Shown here piece after piece: positions 23,601 through 36,712 of a DNA stretch of 64,000 nt; positions within the stretch are counted from its first letter, which is position 1; each line of letters starts with the position of its first letter. The notes under the pieces were generated by a model that was not told the DNA's origin, made no database searches, and saw only the letters and a list, made by a program, of their open reading frames with translations. The DNA is from Isurus oxyrinchus (taxonomy: Eukaryota): contig JANJGN010000007.1 in NCBI GenBank assembly GCA_026770705.1, forward strand, positions 97,464,001 through 97,528,000, in the 5' to 3' direction. A program made the position numbers and the translations under genes.

Positions 23601-26494
23601 TGCCCTTAATTCGCGATTTATATTCAGTTAGAGAAGCAGATGGTTTTGTTTCTATTTAGATGGCGATAAAATAAAATGAATGCGACCTTAAACACAGGGA
23701 TGATAAAAGAAATGTGGAGCTTCTTATCATTGTGGAAATGGTGATAATCCGCATTTATAATTAAATACTTATGAACATTGTGACTGTTCAGCAACAATTA
23801 TGAGGTTAGTAAACTATTACAAACTCAGGTACACCTCATTCAACAAGATGTTACTTGCTCAGTGGTTTACAATTTGAAACTCTCAGCTGAAGAGTGAAAG
23901 TTCCACTCACGGGCTTTCCCATTGAGTGTTGTTCTGTAGCGCACCCTCTCGAGATGCATAGAATTACTGACAACAGTTTCAGACTGCGGGTTTATTCCGA
24001 GCAGGTGCAGACCCCAGACTTTGTTGTCCAATTCAGTGGAATAATAATGACAATTGCGGACAGTTACATCAATTTAGACCAAATAAAGTGGCAGTTACTT
24101 CGGGACTCTGCACAAACTCAGTTCAAAACAGAAATCTAGAAGTTGCTGCCGCAATTCTATGATTCAGTATAAGGTGTGTTGTTGAAGAACCCACAAACTT
24201 CAATCCATTTGGTGTCACTGGAGGATGACAAGAACTCCTTTTAGGCTATTAGTCTCGCTGTAAACAGCTACACCTTATTGAATGAGGGGAAACTGGCATT
24301 TTAAACAAATTCCAAGGCTATAATTACTGCTGCATAAACTCTCTAGAAGCAATAAACCGATATTCAATTTGTGGAATGTCCAAATTATTCTTTGCGATAA
24401 ATATTTCCAGCAAGGGTTAATTCTGCAATTTTGCTGCCACTTTCTGTGAGTACAAAGCATCAGGGCCTATCTCTACCATATTGCTTTCTCTGTAACATAT
24501 GTGACTGTATAACTCATTACTATTTATTGTCATTGTATGTTCTACATTTTATTTAGAAATTTATCAGTCGACTTCCAAATTGTTTTTCGGCATTTCCATA
24601 AACTTTTCATATTCATTTTGTTCATCCACTCCTTTACTGTCTTTGTATTGAGTGTAGCTAGTTGTAATCTTCTCCATATTCCCAAGTTTATCAATGACTT
24701 GCATTACTCGTTAGTGTGATCTTTATTGGCTATATTTATCCTGTGCTCTATGATTCATCGTTTCAAATGTTTCCCTCTCCTGCTCTGTTTATTTGTCACT
24801 ATTTTACTCAGTTTATTTTCCAGGTTTACATTACCATTCAAAAAAGTCACCCTTTTTCTGATTCATTATTTAGGCTTTTGCTTCCCTTGTGCTCTTAAAA
24901 TGTCGTCAAACCCTGACATGTTTTTATCGCTGTTGCCTTGATGCCCCCTTAACTTATTTATCTGGCCTTGGCTGGGTCATTTCCCCTTAATTAATCAGCT
25001 GTACCCCTCATTTCTTGGGATTTTTAAACACAGGACAAGAAAGAATCCTCCACACGTTGCAAACACCCTATCAGTTTTATCACTGCCGCTAACGTTTCAT
25101 TTTAGTTTATTTGAGGGCAGTAAACATGACTATTCTCCCTTATCATTTCAAATGTTTGTTTCCATATGTCTTACCCATACAATTTTCCCTTAAGGTATTC
25201 TGTATCATAACCCTATTAGTCTGACTGATGTTTCCTTATCTTTTATGTTACTCCATGTGGTTCCTGTTTTTAACCTCCTGCTAGTTGTAAAACTTTCCTT
25301 CTGCTACGATTATATTATCATTAATTAGTATACAAAATTACCTCTTTGGATTTCTATTCAAGTTCTAACCTGCATTATTTTATTGCTAGTCCAATTCTTA
25401 ATATACGAATCCTTCAGTTATTCCTACTGTGCCTGCATTTCCGCTAGTGTTTATTCCTCCACATCTCCATTTTCTTTTCAATATTGTGTATATTTCTGTA
25501 CAGGTAATATGATTTCTCTTCAACACCTGTTCCTATTACTTTATGTATAGCTTGCAATTGATGCATGTAATTTGCTAACTATTCCATATAGCTTCCTGGC
25601 AATTTATGCTAATTTGGAGGCTTGGAACGTTGGTATTTATTTTAGATTTTTTTCGGGAAGAAATCTGAGTATGAACAGAGTGCTTAATAAGGTCTATGTA
25701 GATGATGAATAACATTTATCGGGCTCCTAACGGGCCCTTGGCATAATGTTTGGTGGCTGCACATCATTCATCGAAGACATTTCGATTGAGGAACTGCTGC
25801 TCTTTCATCTTAATCCAGCTGATTTAAATTTTGAAGGTTTAAATTCCTTTCACTTCCGGGTTTACATTTTGCGGATGCATTCATGTTGTAAGGAGAATAT
25901 GTCTACTTCATTGAAAAGATTAGATACGCGTTAGTGGTTGCATGGTGCCAGATATTCGTAAGGGCCATTCGGACGGACTGTCAACTGTCTGTATCTCTTG
26001 CTTCAAGGTCCCGTTGACATCTCATGAGTTCTTTCAAACTCAAGCCAGTGGAGAATGAAGATAGCGCGGGGCTGGAAAGTCTTGAGGCCAGCTACCACCA
26101 TGAACCCTTGTGTCTCTCCGTGAAGAAGATCGTGACCGATCTGCATCAGTCTGAATATGGTTCAATCAGATATCAGCATGTTAAGGTTACAGTAGCTTAA
26201 TGGTTACAATGCTTCAATTCAATTCATCGAAGTCTGAAATGATGACTTGGAGAGCTGAGTTCAAATCCCACAGCGACAGATGAGGAGTTTAAATTTATTT
26301 CATTAACACATTTGGAATTTAACGAAAACTGGTAATTTTAGCAGAACAGAAAATGCCAGAAATACGCAGCAGGTTTGGCAGCAACTGTCGGGGGAGAAAC
26401 AAAGCTAATGTTTTTGTTCGATGGACTACAATCAGAACCAGATAACGAATTGGATTTTCCGAGGTTTTAAAAAGACAGCTCTTGCTGAACATTC

Positions 26495-28130
26495 TGCATA
26501 AAAATCAGGACAAATCTAATCCAGCTAATTACTGCCCCATCGGTCTGTTCACTGCCACCAGCACAGTAATGGAATGTGTCTTCCACAGTGCTAACAAGTG
26601 ACACTTACACAGCAATAAACTGCACTGTGGTGCTCCGTTTGAGACACTTGACTCATTCCCTCATTATAATCTTGCTCCACCCATGGACAAAAGAGTCAAA
26701 CCCATGAGGTGACGTGAGAGAGTGCGACCTTGGAGTCAGTATTTGACTGAGTATGAGATCAAGGGCGCTGGCAAAATTGAAGTATGTGGAACATACCTGG
26801 GCAAATCTCCATCTTGTTGGATAGATGTGTGTATGGTGTATATACTGGAACATCTTGACTCAGACAGACCTCGCTCTGGGGCACACGTATTTTGCACTAA
26901 AGCTCTGATATTGTAAGGGTCTATACAGTTTACAGTATCCAGTGGCTTCAGCCGTTCCCTGGAATCACCTGGAGTGAATTAAAATCTGACACATGGACCT
27001 GAGGAAGTGGCCAAGATGGATCATCCACTCTGAATTTCTGACTGAAGACTTTTGTAAATGTCTTTCATGTGAATGTATTGAGCTCGCTGATCATTGAGAT
27101 TGGGGAAATTAGTGGAGCCTCCTCCTATGCTTAGCTGTTTAATATTCTACCACCATTCTTGAAGGTATGTAGCATGACAACAGATCTTCAATCTGGCATA
27201 TTAGTTTCTGGATGGTTAAGGCCTGTTGATCGCATTTTACTCCCGCTATTTGGAAAGCCTGCACTACTGTGCTGTAGTGTCACTAGGAACATACTTCATT
27301 TTGAATGTGTTTAACACTGCTGTGGGTTTGCCTCCTCCGCTGTTGAATGAACCACATTTGCTCTCCTAGCTTGATGCCTGTATTGCAGTGTGAGACATAC
27401 TAGGCCAAGAGATTACAGATTGTGGTTCAACATAATTCATTTGCCACTGATGGCCCCCAATTCTGCAAAGAAGCCCAGTTATGAGCTCCTAAATCAATTT
27501 TGACACTATCATATTTAGTGTGGTGCGCCTGCCACACAATAAAATGGAAGATATTCACAGTGTGATTAAGATTGTGTGATGGTCAGTATGACCAATTCTG
27601 CCTTCGATGGATGCACCCACGACAGGAAATTTGATGAGGGCTAGGGAAAGTGCGTTGTTTGCCTCTTGATGTTTCTCTCAACAACTATCACAGGGCTAGA
27701 CTAGCAAATATGTCTTTCAGGAAGTGACCTATTTGGTCAGTATATGTAATACCGAGCTATCTATCAAGCTGGGCAATGAAGCCCGCCATCCTGAGGAGAT
27801 TCCCTGCCCTTGCTACTCTCAGTGCATCTTCAATGCAACGTTCAGAATGGAGGAGTGCTGATTTATGAATCGAGGGACTGTGCTTGGTGGCAATCAGCAG
27901 GGAATATTCATTGCGCAATTTTGACTTCACACCATTACACTTCATGGACTCCAAGGTCGACGTTGAGGACTCCCAGGTCAACCTTTTCCCGCATGAGCCG
28001 TGACATGTGGTGGATCTGTCCGGCCGGTGGGGCATGACCTAACCAGAGTTAGTGATGGAGGTGCCTGAGACATTGGCTCAATGGTGTGATTCACCGAGTG
28101 TGATCATTTCTGTATGTTATTTGAATAATT
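26495..28130. mobile_element. Ancient rearranged LINE relic shared with unit 3 (about 52535-54180)
   Basis: + strand QDKSNPANYCPIGL (RT region) followed by minus-strand endonuclease-like sequence similar to 62400-63550. Confidence 0.65.
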
Positions 28131-28989
28131 ATTGTTACTAGACAGTCTTCATACAATAGCAAACTATTTTCCTGTGCTCACACCACAGCTTTACATTTTC
28201 TACAGAGCTAAATTTGAATCTGAAACACGGGTCACGATCAGGTCTGCTGAAATGATTCTGATAGATCTGTTGGTGTTCAGGCCTCTCTGTCATCACAGCA
28301 TTTGGAGTTTTGCTCTTTTATCTGTTCTTCCTAAGAAGCTGACCTTGGATTTCCCACTGATGCCGCAATTATACATTACGCACTTGCTTCACTTAAGGAT
28401 ATCCACTTTAGATATTCTTCCTGACCTCTTCACAGTTTGATTTCCAACTTACACTTTGAATTGGGCCATGTGCCTACACACACAACTTTTTTTGAACTTC
28501 TACAGCTTTTAACTTTTCAAAATTTAGAAAAGATGTAAAGTACGTTTCGGAAAGTTATATTAAGTTGATGATTATGAGTTGGTAACCCATATCCAGTTGC
28601 TCATATGCACAAGAAACGCCGACGCATATAGTCACAAACATGCATCTGCACACACCTGCATGCAAACTGGAAAACTTACCTAAGAAGTCAGTGGAAGGGA
28701 GTAGAACACACGCTTAAAAGACAGCACAGGGAGACAAAACAAATATAACATATACTTAACTCATAAACTCATCCATAGGGAAATACAAAGAGAGCCAAAG
28801 CTCACATAACACGCACACAATATAGCCAAGTTCTGGGGAACTCACACAAAGAACTTACATAAGCAGAAAAAACGCTCATACATGCAAAACTGAGGGGCTT
28901 GCCTGCAAAGTCACTCCAACAGTCGCTCTAATTGGTTACCAGGGAAAGTACAACTAACACTCCGATATACACAAACACATCAATAGACT

Positions 28990-30475
28990 GTCATGCTATC
29001 GCCTAGTTGCCAGCAGCACAATCACACGGCCACCAGCAGCGTTCCGCATTCATCAGTGGCACCATTAGCCAGTAGCCAGCAGAATGACTCTGCTATGGTA
29101 AACATTACCAAGGTACCAACAGCAGTATCCAATCATCATCAGAGGTAACCAGAAATGAGTACGGCCATCAGTCTGTCCACCAGCAGCAATCAGTCAACAG
29201 TAGAAACACACCAGTTACCAGCAGCATCACATAATTTCAGACGTGACATACAAACACCTGCCGAAAAACTAGCAGTTTCACTTAATGACAAGCAGCACCA
29301 TGGCCCAGCCACCAGAAGTAGCGTCCAGACACCAGCAGCAGCATCGCCTAGAAACCAGCAACAGCACCAACAGCCAGAAGCTCCAACACACAATAATTAT
29401 AATACTTAAATTGACATAATGGGCATCATCAGCCAGTGATGAGCGGTGCAATCACTCAGCCCTCAGCAATAACATTACCCAATCAACAGCAGTGGCATTA
29501 CTCACCCATCAGCAATAACATCACCCAGGCACCTGCAATGACATCAGCCCATCTCCAGCAGCGGATTTTCCGAGTCACCAGCAATTGCAGCACTCAGTCA
29601 CAAGCAAAAGCATTAAACAGCCGTCAGCAATGGTATCATTCAGCAAGCAGGATTATTATTACCAGCCATCAACAGGTGCACATCTCAATCACAAGCGACA
29701 GTGTCACCCAGTCACCAAGATTGGCACAATTTGTCACCAGTAATCTCATCAACCAATCATCAGAAACACGAAAACCTAATCGCCAGGACTGCGTGATAAT
29801 TGGAGACTCATCCTGTAACTAGCAGAAATAAGCATTAACCATCGTGCTCAACCATTCAACAGCACTGATATAGTTCAGTCACCACAATCCTTTGTCACTA
29901 ACCAGAAGTTCATTGAATTCACCAGCAGCAGCATCAGAGAATTATTAACAATGAGGCTCCATCGCCAGCATTATTGTGTTCAGTCAGTATTATCATTGCC
30001 CTTGGTAAAATGACCCAGCAGCATCACCAGCAGCATTGTCCAGTTACCATCAGAAACTCTGAGTTAACTCCAACAGTATCCAGTCTAAGGCATAAACATT
30101 CGGTCACCAACAGTATTAAACAGCCACTGTCACTCAGTCATCAACCCCATCATCAGCAATAATGAGCAGTCAACAGAATACTATATATTCGTCAGCACCA
30201 TCACTTAGTCACCACCCGAAAGGCCGGTCACCAGCAACTTCTCAACCACAAACAGGTCCATCCCCTGGACAGAAGCAGCAGCATCCAGTTCACCCAGCAG
30301 CATCACACAGACATCACGAACTTCACCCAATCACAAGTAACATTATCACACAGTCATCAGCAACAACATCATCTCGTTACAAGGAGCAACATCGATCATC
30401 AACAACATTTTGCAATCACCAGCAACTCTATAAAACCACCAGCTGCATTAGCCAGTCAAAAGTAGTTATCCACTA
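28990..30475. repeat. Degenerate CAGCAGCATCACCCAGTCAC-like minisatellite, unit 2
   Basis: Same motif and strand bias as 1830-3490; source of the Q/S/T/H-rich spurious ORFs. Confidence 0.8.
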
Positions 30476-31115
30476 AACAAAAATTAAAATCCGTTCTTCC
30501 AAGGAAATAACAAAAACTGACGAACCTTCGAGAACCATGCAATCTAATTAGGACTGAGATCGAATTCAAACATTTCTATATTTTTGGTACCCTAAGTGTC
30601 CTGCAATTTCACCGCTTCATATCTGCTCAAGGTCTGACGGATTGTCTTAGGTTAGTTTTCAGGGATCTCGATAGCAAAGGACACACTGATAGCCAAAACC
30701 ATGCTTACATTCGTCTGGCTGTGTTTGCACTGAACAACCCCAACAGCCTGGGCTCAAGATACAGGGAATAGAACCAAACGGTATTCACGGCGCCTGCAGG
30801 CAAGTACTTGCAAACGTTTCCTCACATTTTAAATTATTTAAGAGTTGCATCAATACGGAAACATTCACACCGTTCAAAAATGTTCCATGTTCACTTGGGA
30901 AACATTGAGATGCGGGTGGTGTCAACTCCCAGTGAATGTTCTCACCGCTCACGTTGAGGTGAAACCTGAACATTGATGTTGTAGCTTCAGCTCTCTTGCC
31001 CTGCGCCAGAATGCAGCACGTCGAACCTCTGGTTATCTTTAAATCTTTCCATTTTCGCACACTTCAGTTTTCCCCACTGACTTGCAACTCGAGTGACCGA
31101 TGTCATCGCCATAGG

Positions 31116-31623
31116 ATGCCTATATTCGATGTGTTGAGTTACCTCTCATCACTGACATTATTTGCACAGGTGTGTTTACTTATACCTGCTTGACAAATTA
31201 GGGAAGGGAATTTCCCTTCAATATCTAACGTCGTTTCTTCCCTTGGAATTCTGCCAATCATTACCTCTGCACTTAATTCTTGTTTGTCTTTATCTCTGAC
31301 AGTTAGTGACGGGAGCACGCTCTCACTGCTTCAGGACCCAGACCGTGTGACTCTGGTGAAAGGTACAAATCTGTCAATCAATCGCTCTGTTTGACTTTTT
31401 GTTCCCGACGCAATGCTGGATGTTTCTTCATGGAGAGAGGGCCATGACACAACTCCGGATCCGACGACAGACACAAGGAAATAAATGATGCCTTCCAAAC
31501 AAGGATCTTCCCAGTTACACCTGCAGAATGTGAGTTTCCAAGACTCCGGAGCCTATTATTGCAGCGTTAAAGAAGGGGCAGGAATGATTTCCATTGGCGG
31601 CGGGACTGATCTTAGTGCGCATG
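31116..31623 (+). pseudogene. Copy 2: leader exon (31116-31169) and VJ exon (31303-31623) pseudogene
   Basis: The leader is 54 nt (1 nt short, wrong phase). The V exon is full length (321 nt) with intact splice sites and QDSGAYYCSVKEGAGMISIGGGTDLSAH, but the first Cys is Arg and there are two in-frame stops (TGA, TAA). Confidence 0.93.
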
Positions 31624-33764
31624 GTAAGTGATGCTGAGGGGGAATGGACCCGCGTACAATTGCACAAGTGAATATCAGAGAGTATGTAACTGAATAAGAA
31701 CAGGAATTTTCCCTCAGGTCCGATTTGAGACGTTATTTTCTCGCATTTGCAGTGCATTCTGTCTGTTCACAAAGAGCGGCAACATTTACCGGACTATGCA
31801 AATTACAATGACAGCAATCAGCCAATCATTGCTCTCCTATGGGACATCTCTAATGGAGGCTTTTAATATCCGTTATTTGACCTAAATTATTCTCAGGATA
31901 AGAGTCTCTTTAGCACGCTAAGCATTAATTCTTTATTCCTATTCCTCCTTGAGGAGGTGGTCCCGCACGTTTTCCTTTGTAGGATGCCGTCGATGCTTTG
32001 AACGTGCTGGAGCCATGCTGCTATGTCCGGATTTCCGGAGTTTTGATCCTGTGATAAGGGATGGACTGTGATAAATGATCAACTCAGAATGATGCCTGAC
32101 TTGGGGGGAAGATGGAGTCCTGCTCGTCCCATATGGCGGCAGCCCTTGTCATTTTCGATGCAGCAGCTCACGTATTTGACAGATGATGCACAACAAGCCC
32201 TGGGGGTGGTGTTATGCATCTTGTAGACGACGCAGATTGCAACACCGAGACGCATTTGATGAAGACAAAGGGTGTATATTGTGGTGAGCTGACTGACGTT
32301 AAGTGTATATTTTGCGGGACCTTGTCGAGCCTTCTTGCAGCTATTCTCATGCAGACAGGAGATGACTTTTCCATCAGAATCCTGTCTCGTAAATAATGGA
32401 GATTCTTCTGGGAGTCAACAGCTTCATCACTCGGTTCAGAACATCCAGCCTCTGGCCTGTTCTAGTAACTTCGGCACTTATATCCCCTAGTTAAAAACAG
32501 AAAGTGTCGAACTAGTTGACTTTATTTCTCAACATTTATCCAATCAGGAAAAAATGTGTTGGTCTTTGAATATATTCGTGCTATGAATCACTTCATTTAA
32601 TATTCTTTGAAAATGCAGAGCTACAGTCAGGAGTCAAGTGATTCCCCCACATCCACTGCCTCCACCCAACAATTCCATTTCCCCCTAACGCACCCCGCCC
32701 CCACTGCCGCCCCCATCCCCTATTGAAAAAAAAGCAGGAATATAAACAGTGAAATTGTCAGTCAGTGTCAGGAAATATATGTAATTATACACAGAGACAG
32801 GTGGCATCAGGAGTCTGAGAAAGAAAAGTGATAGCAAGGGAGAATGGTAACAATATAAACACCAAAGAGTCGTTTACTGCATAATTAATGTAATAAAGTA
32901 ATGAGCACATTTTGTCACTGCAGATTTTATTATGCGGATAAAAGTTACTTTATCAATGACGATTTATTTCCTTCCATTATCCGTTCCATTTGTACAATTA
33001 AATAGCATTTACAGACAAACAACTTGCATTTAGATTTATATATTTTACTCCAGTGAAGACGCTGCCTGTACTTGCATAATCTACTCACGCTAACGGGAGA
33101 ATATAGCTAGATTTCTCTTAAGTTGCAATTGGTGGATATATTTACAGTAATACATATGTGATCCATTTCTGATCTATTTATGAATGCTGCAGATTTTAGA
33201 TCTGAACTGCTAAGAAGTGGGGTTTTGAAATACTGGATAAGGAACATTTCCACAAAGCAGAACTCAGCCTCAGACTGTGAAAACCGTGTGCGGAATATCT
33301 CCTGCTTCAACTTGGCCTAAGACTCCAGCAGGAAAGTGATGATGAAACTAAAATATCCCCCAGAGCTCCTGGTGCCAGGGAGCAAGACATGTTTCAAATA
33401 AGGAACGGAAGGCCTGGAGGAGAAATTATTGGGAAAAGGATCTGGGTAGCAAATAATTTAACAACCATGTGTAATCATCTTCAGATTATTTGATGATTGC
33501 ACTCTCATAGAGGTGCTGAAGATTGCGTTTCGTGAATCTAACAATGAGTGAGTCGCTGAATGGGGCATAGCCAGAGGTAATGCTAGGAGAGGAATGGAAC
33601 CAATGTAACATGTTGGAAAGATGTATGGAAAAACGACGTTTGGAATTGAAATGAATACAAATTGTAAGTGATGATATTAAGATATTAAGAGTGGGAAGTG
33701 GACTAATGGGGGTTTGCACGGGGCAGAGGTAAAGTAAATAATTAACCAAGAAATTCCAATTTGG

Positions 33765-34330
33765 TTATTACTAAAAAGAAACAACTCGATGCTTTTAGTT
33801 TGGCATTCATCAGAGCACTGGCAAGAATAGCAAAAAAGGGGAAAAGAACCATTTATTCTGTATGTGAAGGGAGTGCTGATTGGTTGTGTCTTTGCCGTGG
33901 ACAATGCACCATAGATGGTGATTGACAGTTAAGTGCCAAGCACTGTTTGAAATTTTAAACCTGGCAGTTTGGCACTGATTCGTCAAGGCATTGCACTGCG
34001 GAATGAGTCAGCGAATTTAGTTTAGAGGAAACAGGCGCAACTTGGCTACAAGTTCTTACTATCTGCAAAGAACAGGGCCCTGTGCATTAATATATGTAGC
34101 TTCCAGCACACGCGAATGTGTCAAATTGAGAGGACGACTGACACTTTGTTTTGAGATTTCCAAGCACGGGCAGGTTAGGTACGGTTTGTATCTTGCCCAA
34201 TGCGAACAGCAAAAGGAACTTATGGTCCTCCAGTCTAAGGGATGTACGGTCTGCAAACCTAGCATCACACTGGCACTGAAATACATACACCACATTATGC
34301 AATTGTGTGATAGCCAGAACATCGTTTTAG
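33765..34330 (-). mobile_element. Penelope-like 3' fragment (GIY-YIG region) of a second family
   Basis: ORF 34087-34302 NVVYVFQCQCDARFADRTSLRLEDH resembles the GIY-YIG endonuclease; a degenerate CTGATGA motif lies near the 3' end. Present only in unit 2. Confidence 0.6.
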
Positions 34331-35580
34331 CTTAATGGTAGCATACTGTTAGTGGCGAATACCCCATAGTAGCAGCGTGAAACAGCCGAACTGATGGAGA
34401 TTAGAGTGAGCTAGAAAGAACTTCAACAATTATTCAAAGACAGTGAAAAGGAAGCACTATGATTGTCAGATACATTGCCCCTCCAAGGTAATCTGTGATA
34501 AACTGGGCACTTTTCAGGCCCGTTCATGAGTTTTCGTGCTATAAAAGCAAAATGTTCTGCAGGATGCCTTTAATGCCCCCTATTTCAACATTAAGCTTGC
34601 GTGGTGATCAAATAGATTGAACCTATTTACAAGTTGATGATAAGATCAACCTTATAGAATGTTGGACGATAAGATTCCCAAAACGTATACTAACTAGTAG
34701 GCGTGCTGTGGACCAGGAGAGAGAAGCCCCTGGGGGAATCACTCAATTAGTAAATCAAGGAAGGGGAGTTCATCTTACTGTTCTATTTCATGGATGAATT
34801 TGAGCACAGAATGGAGCCCATGAAAACATGTCAGGAAATTGTTACATGCAGCGCCGGATTTAAATATTGTAAACAAATCATCCATATATCGGATATATGC
34901 GAGTGTTGGGGCCATTTTCAAACTGAGACCTCGTCGATCTGATAGAAATTGGAGTGAGCTAGAAAGAACTTCAACGCTTTTTCAAAGAAAGTAAAGAGGA
35001 AACACGTGAAATGTGGAACGTTGCATCACAATGCATTTGTAGCCGAAAACCCGGACAGATTTGAGGAACTTTCCATCAAGATTTGTTGAAGATGGCTGAA
35101 TCCCGGTAATTATTCATTTCGCCCTAATCTGAAAGTGAACATTCTTAAAGAAATTAGGTGAAGGACGCTACAGTGAATATGTTACGATGTAGCTTGTTGT
35201 TGCGTGCGATTCCAGGGCAGGGCGTGGTTGGGATGGGTAACCCGGAGAATAGCTGTTGATGTTATCGATACCAAGCGAAGGTTTTCTACTAGTTGGCTTC
35301 AGTAAGGATCGGTCTATGGGCCGTTACATTTCATGTTTTCCAGCAGTGTTCTAACAGGAATCATCCGGAAATCGGATGGTACGTACCTGTAATGGTGTCA
35401 GAACCGCTGAGGAGCAAAGCAAAATACATTGTAGTTTGATAGGGTGTCGAAGCGCACTTGACACTAGTAGATTATGTTTAACGTGGATATCGATATATTA
35501 ATACAAGTGCGCAGAACGAATGTCAAGAATCTGCAGAGTGTGATGAGCTCTGAAGTAATTATCTCGAACAGGAAAGAAAA

Positions 35581-35915
35581 TGAGACGGTGGCGTAGTGCT
35601 AATGTCACTGGCTAGTAACCCAGTGGCCGAGTTTAATGCTCTGGGGAATTGGGTTCAAATTGGAGCTTGAATTTAATAAATAACATCCAGGATTGAAATC
35701 TAGTCTGGACCATGAAATCGTTTTCGATTGTTGGACAAACCCGCCTGATTCGCTCATGTCCTTTAGGGAGGGAAATCTGCAGCCTTTACCTAGTTTGGCC
35801 CACATATGATTCCAGCCCCACAACGACGTGGTTGATTTTGAAATGGCCGAGCAAGCCACGCTTCTTAGAGGAAACAAATGCTGGTCTTGCCAGCGACGCT
35901 CACATCCCATGATAA
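35581..35915 (+). mobile_element. tRNA-headed SINE with LINE-derived tail
   Basis: Box A-like GGTGGCGTAGTGCTAA and box B-like GGTTCAAAT. The body is homologous to 63705-63955 (minus) and the tail to 60985-61040 (minus). Confidence 0.85.
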
Positions 35916-36134
35916 AAGCAAGAAAAAATAGGTAGGGTTCATTGTGTACATTATCTAAAGGGTCACAGTGAATTCCATGAGGATAAAGGCAAAACAAAAA
36001 GCATTAGGGTGTATAGCAGTGATAAGCCACTAAAAGAGTGTTCTAATGACCTTGCTCTTGCTCAGCTTCCATCTATAACACAGTGTGCAGTTCGGCTCCT
36101 GCATGTGACCAGAGGGAATGAGTAACATTTCATA

Positions 36135-36712
36135 CTATATACCAGCTAGGAGCAGGAGTAGACCTCTTGCCTGCTCTGCCATTTCATAAGACCATTGTTG
36201 ATGCGAATGTAACCTCAACTCCACGATCCCACTTACCTTTGTTTAACAAGAAACTATCTACCTCTGCCCTAAAATATTCAAAGACTCTGCTTCTATCGTC
36301 GTTTATGGAGTGTTCAGAGGGCTCATGAACCTCTGAGAGAAAGAGACTCCCTTCATATCTGTATTAAATGAGCGCCCCCTTATTTTTATTCAGTGACCCT
36401 TAGTTCTAGATTCTCCCACAAGAGGGAACATCCTCTCCACACACACTTTCTCAAAGCCCCTCAGGACCTGATAAGTTTCAATCAGGTTGTGTCTTATCCT
36501 TCAAAACTCCAACGGATACAAGGCTAATTGCTCACCTTTTCATTTTAATACAACCCGTCCTTTCCAGGTATTAGCCCTGTTAACATTCTCTCAATTGCTT
36601 CCAGTGCATTACATACTTCCTTAAATAAAGAGTCCAAAACGGCACCCAATACTCCAGACATGGTCTCAGCAACGCCCTCTATAACTCAAGCACAACCTCC
36701 CTACTTTTGTAC
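36135..36712 (-). mobile_element. CR1 LINE 3' fragment
   Basis: Similar to the CR1 3' ends at 8650-9084 and 45165-45780. Confidence 0.75.

Noticed and set aside
29155-30476. Q/S/T/H-rich ORFs suggesting a mucin-like protein or CRISPR-like array
   Set aside because: Frames are not conserved among the three paralogous copies, stops are frequent, and there is no repeat-spacer structure; it is a decayed minisatellite.
35581-35660. tRNA gene
   Set aside because: Only A/B-box remnants within a SINE head; no cloverleaf.
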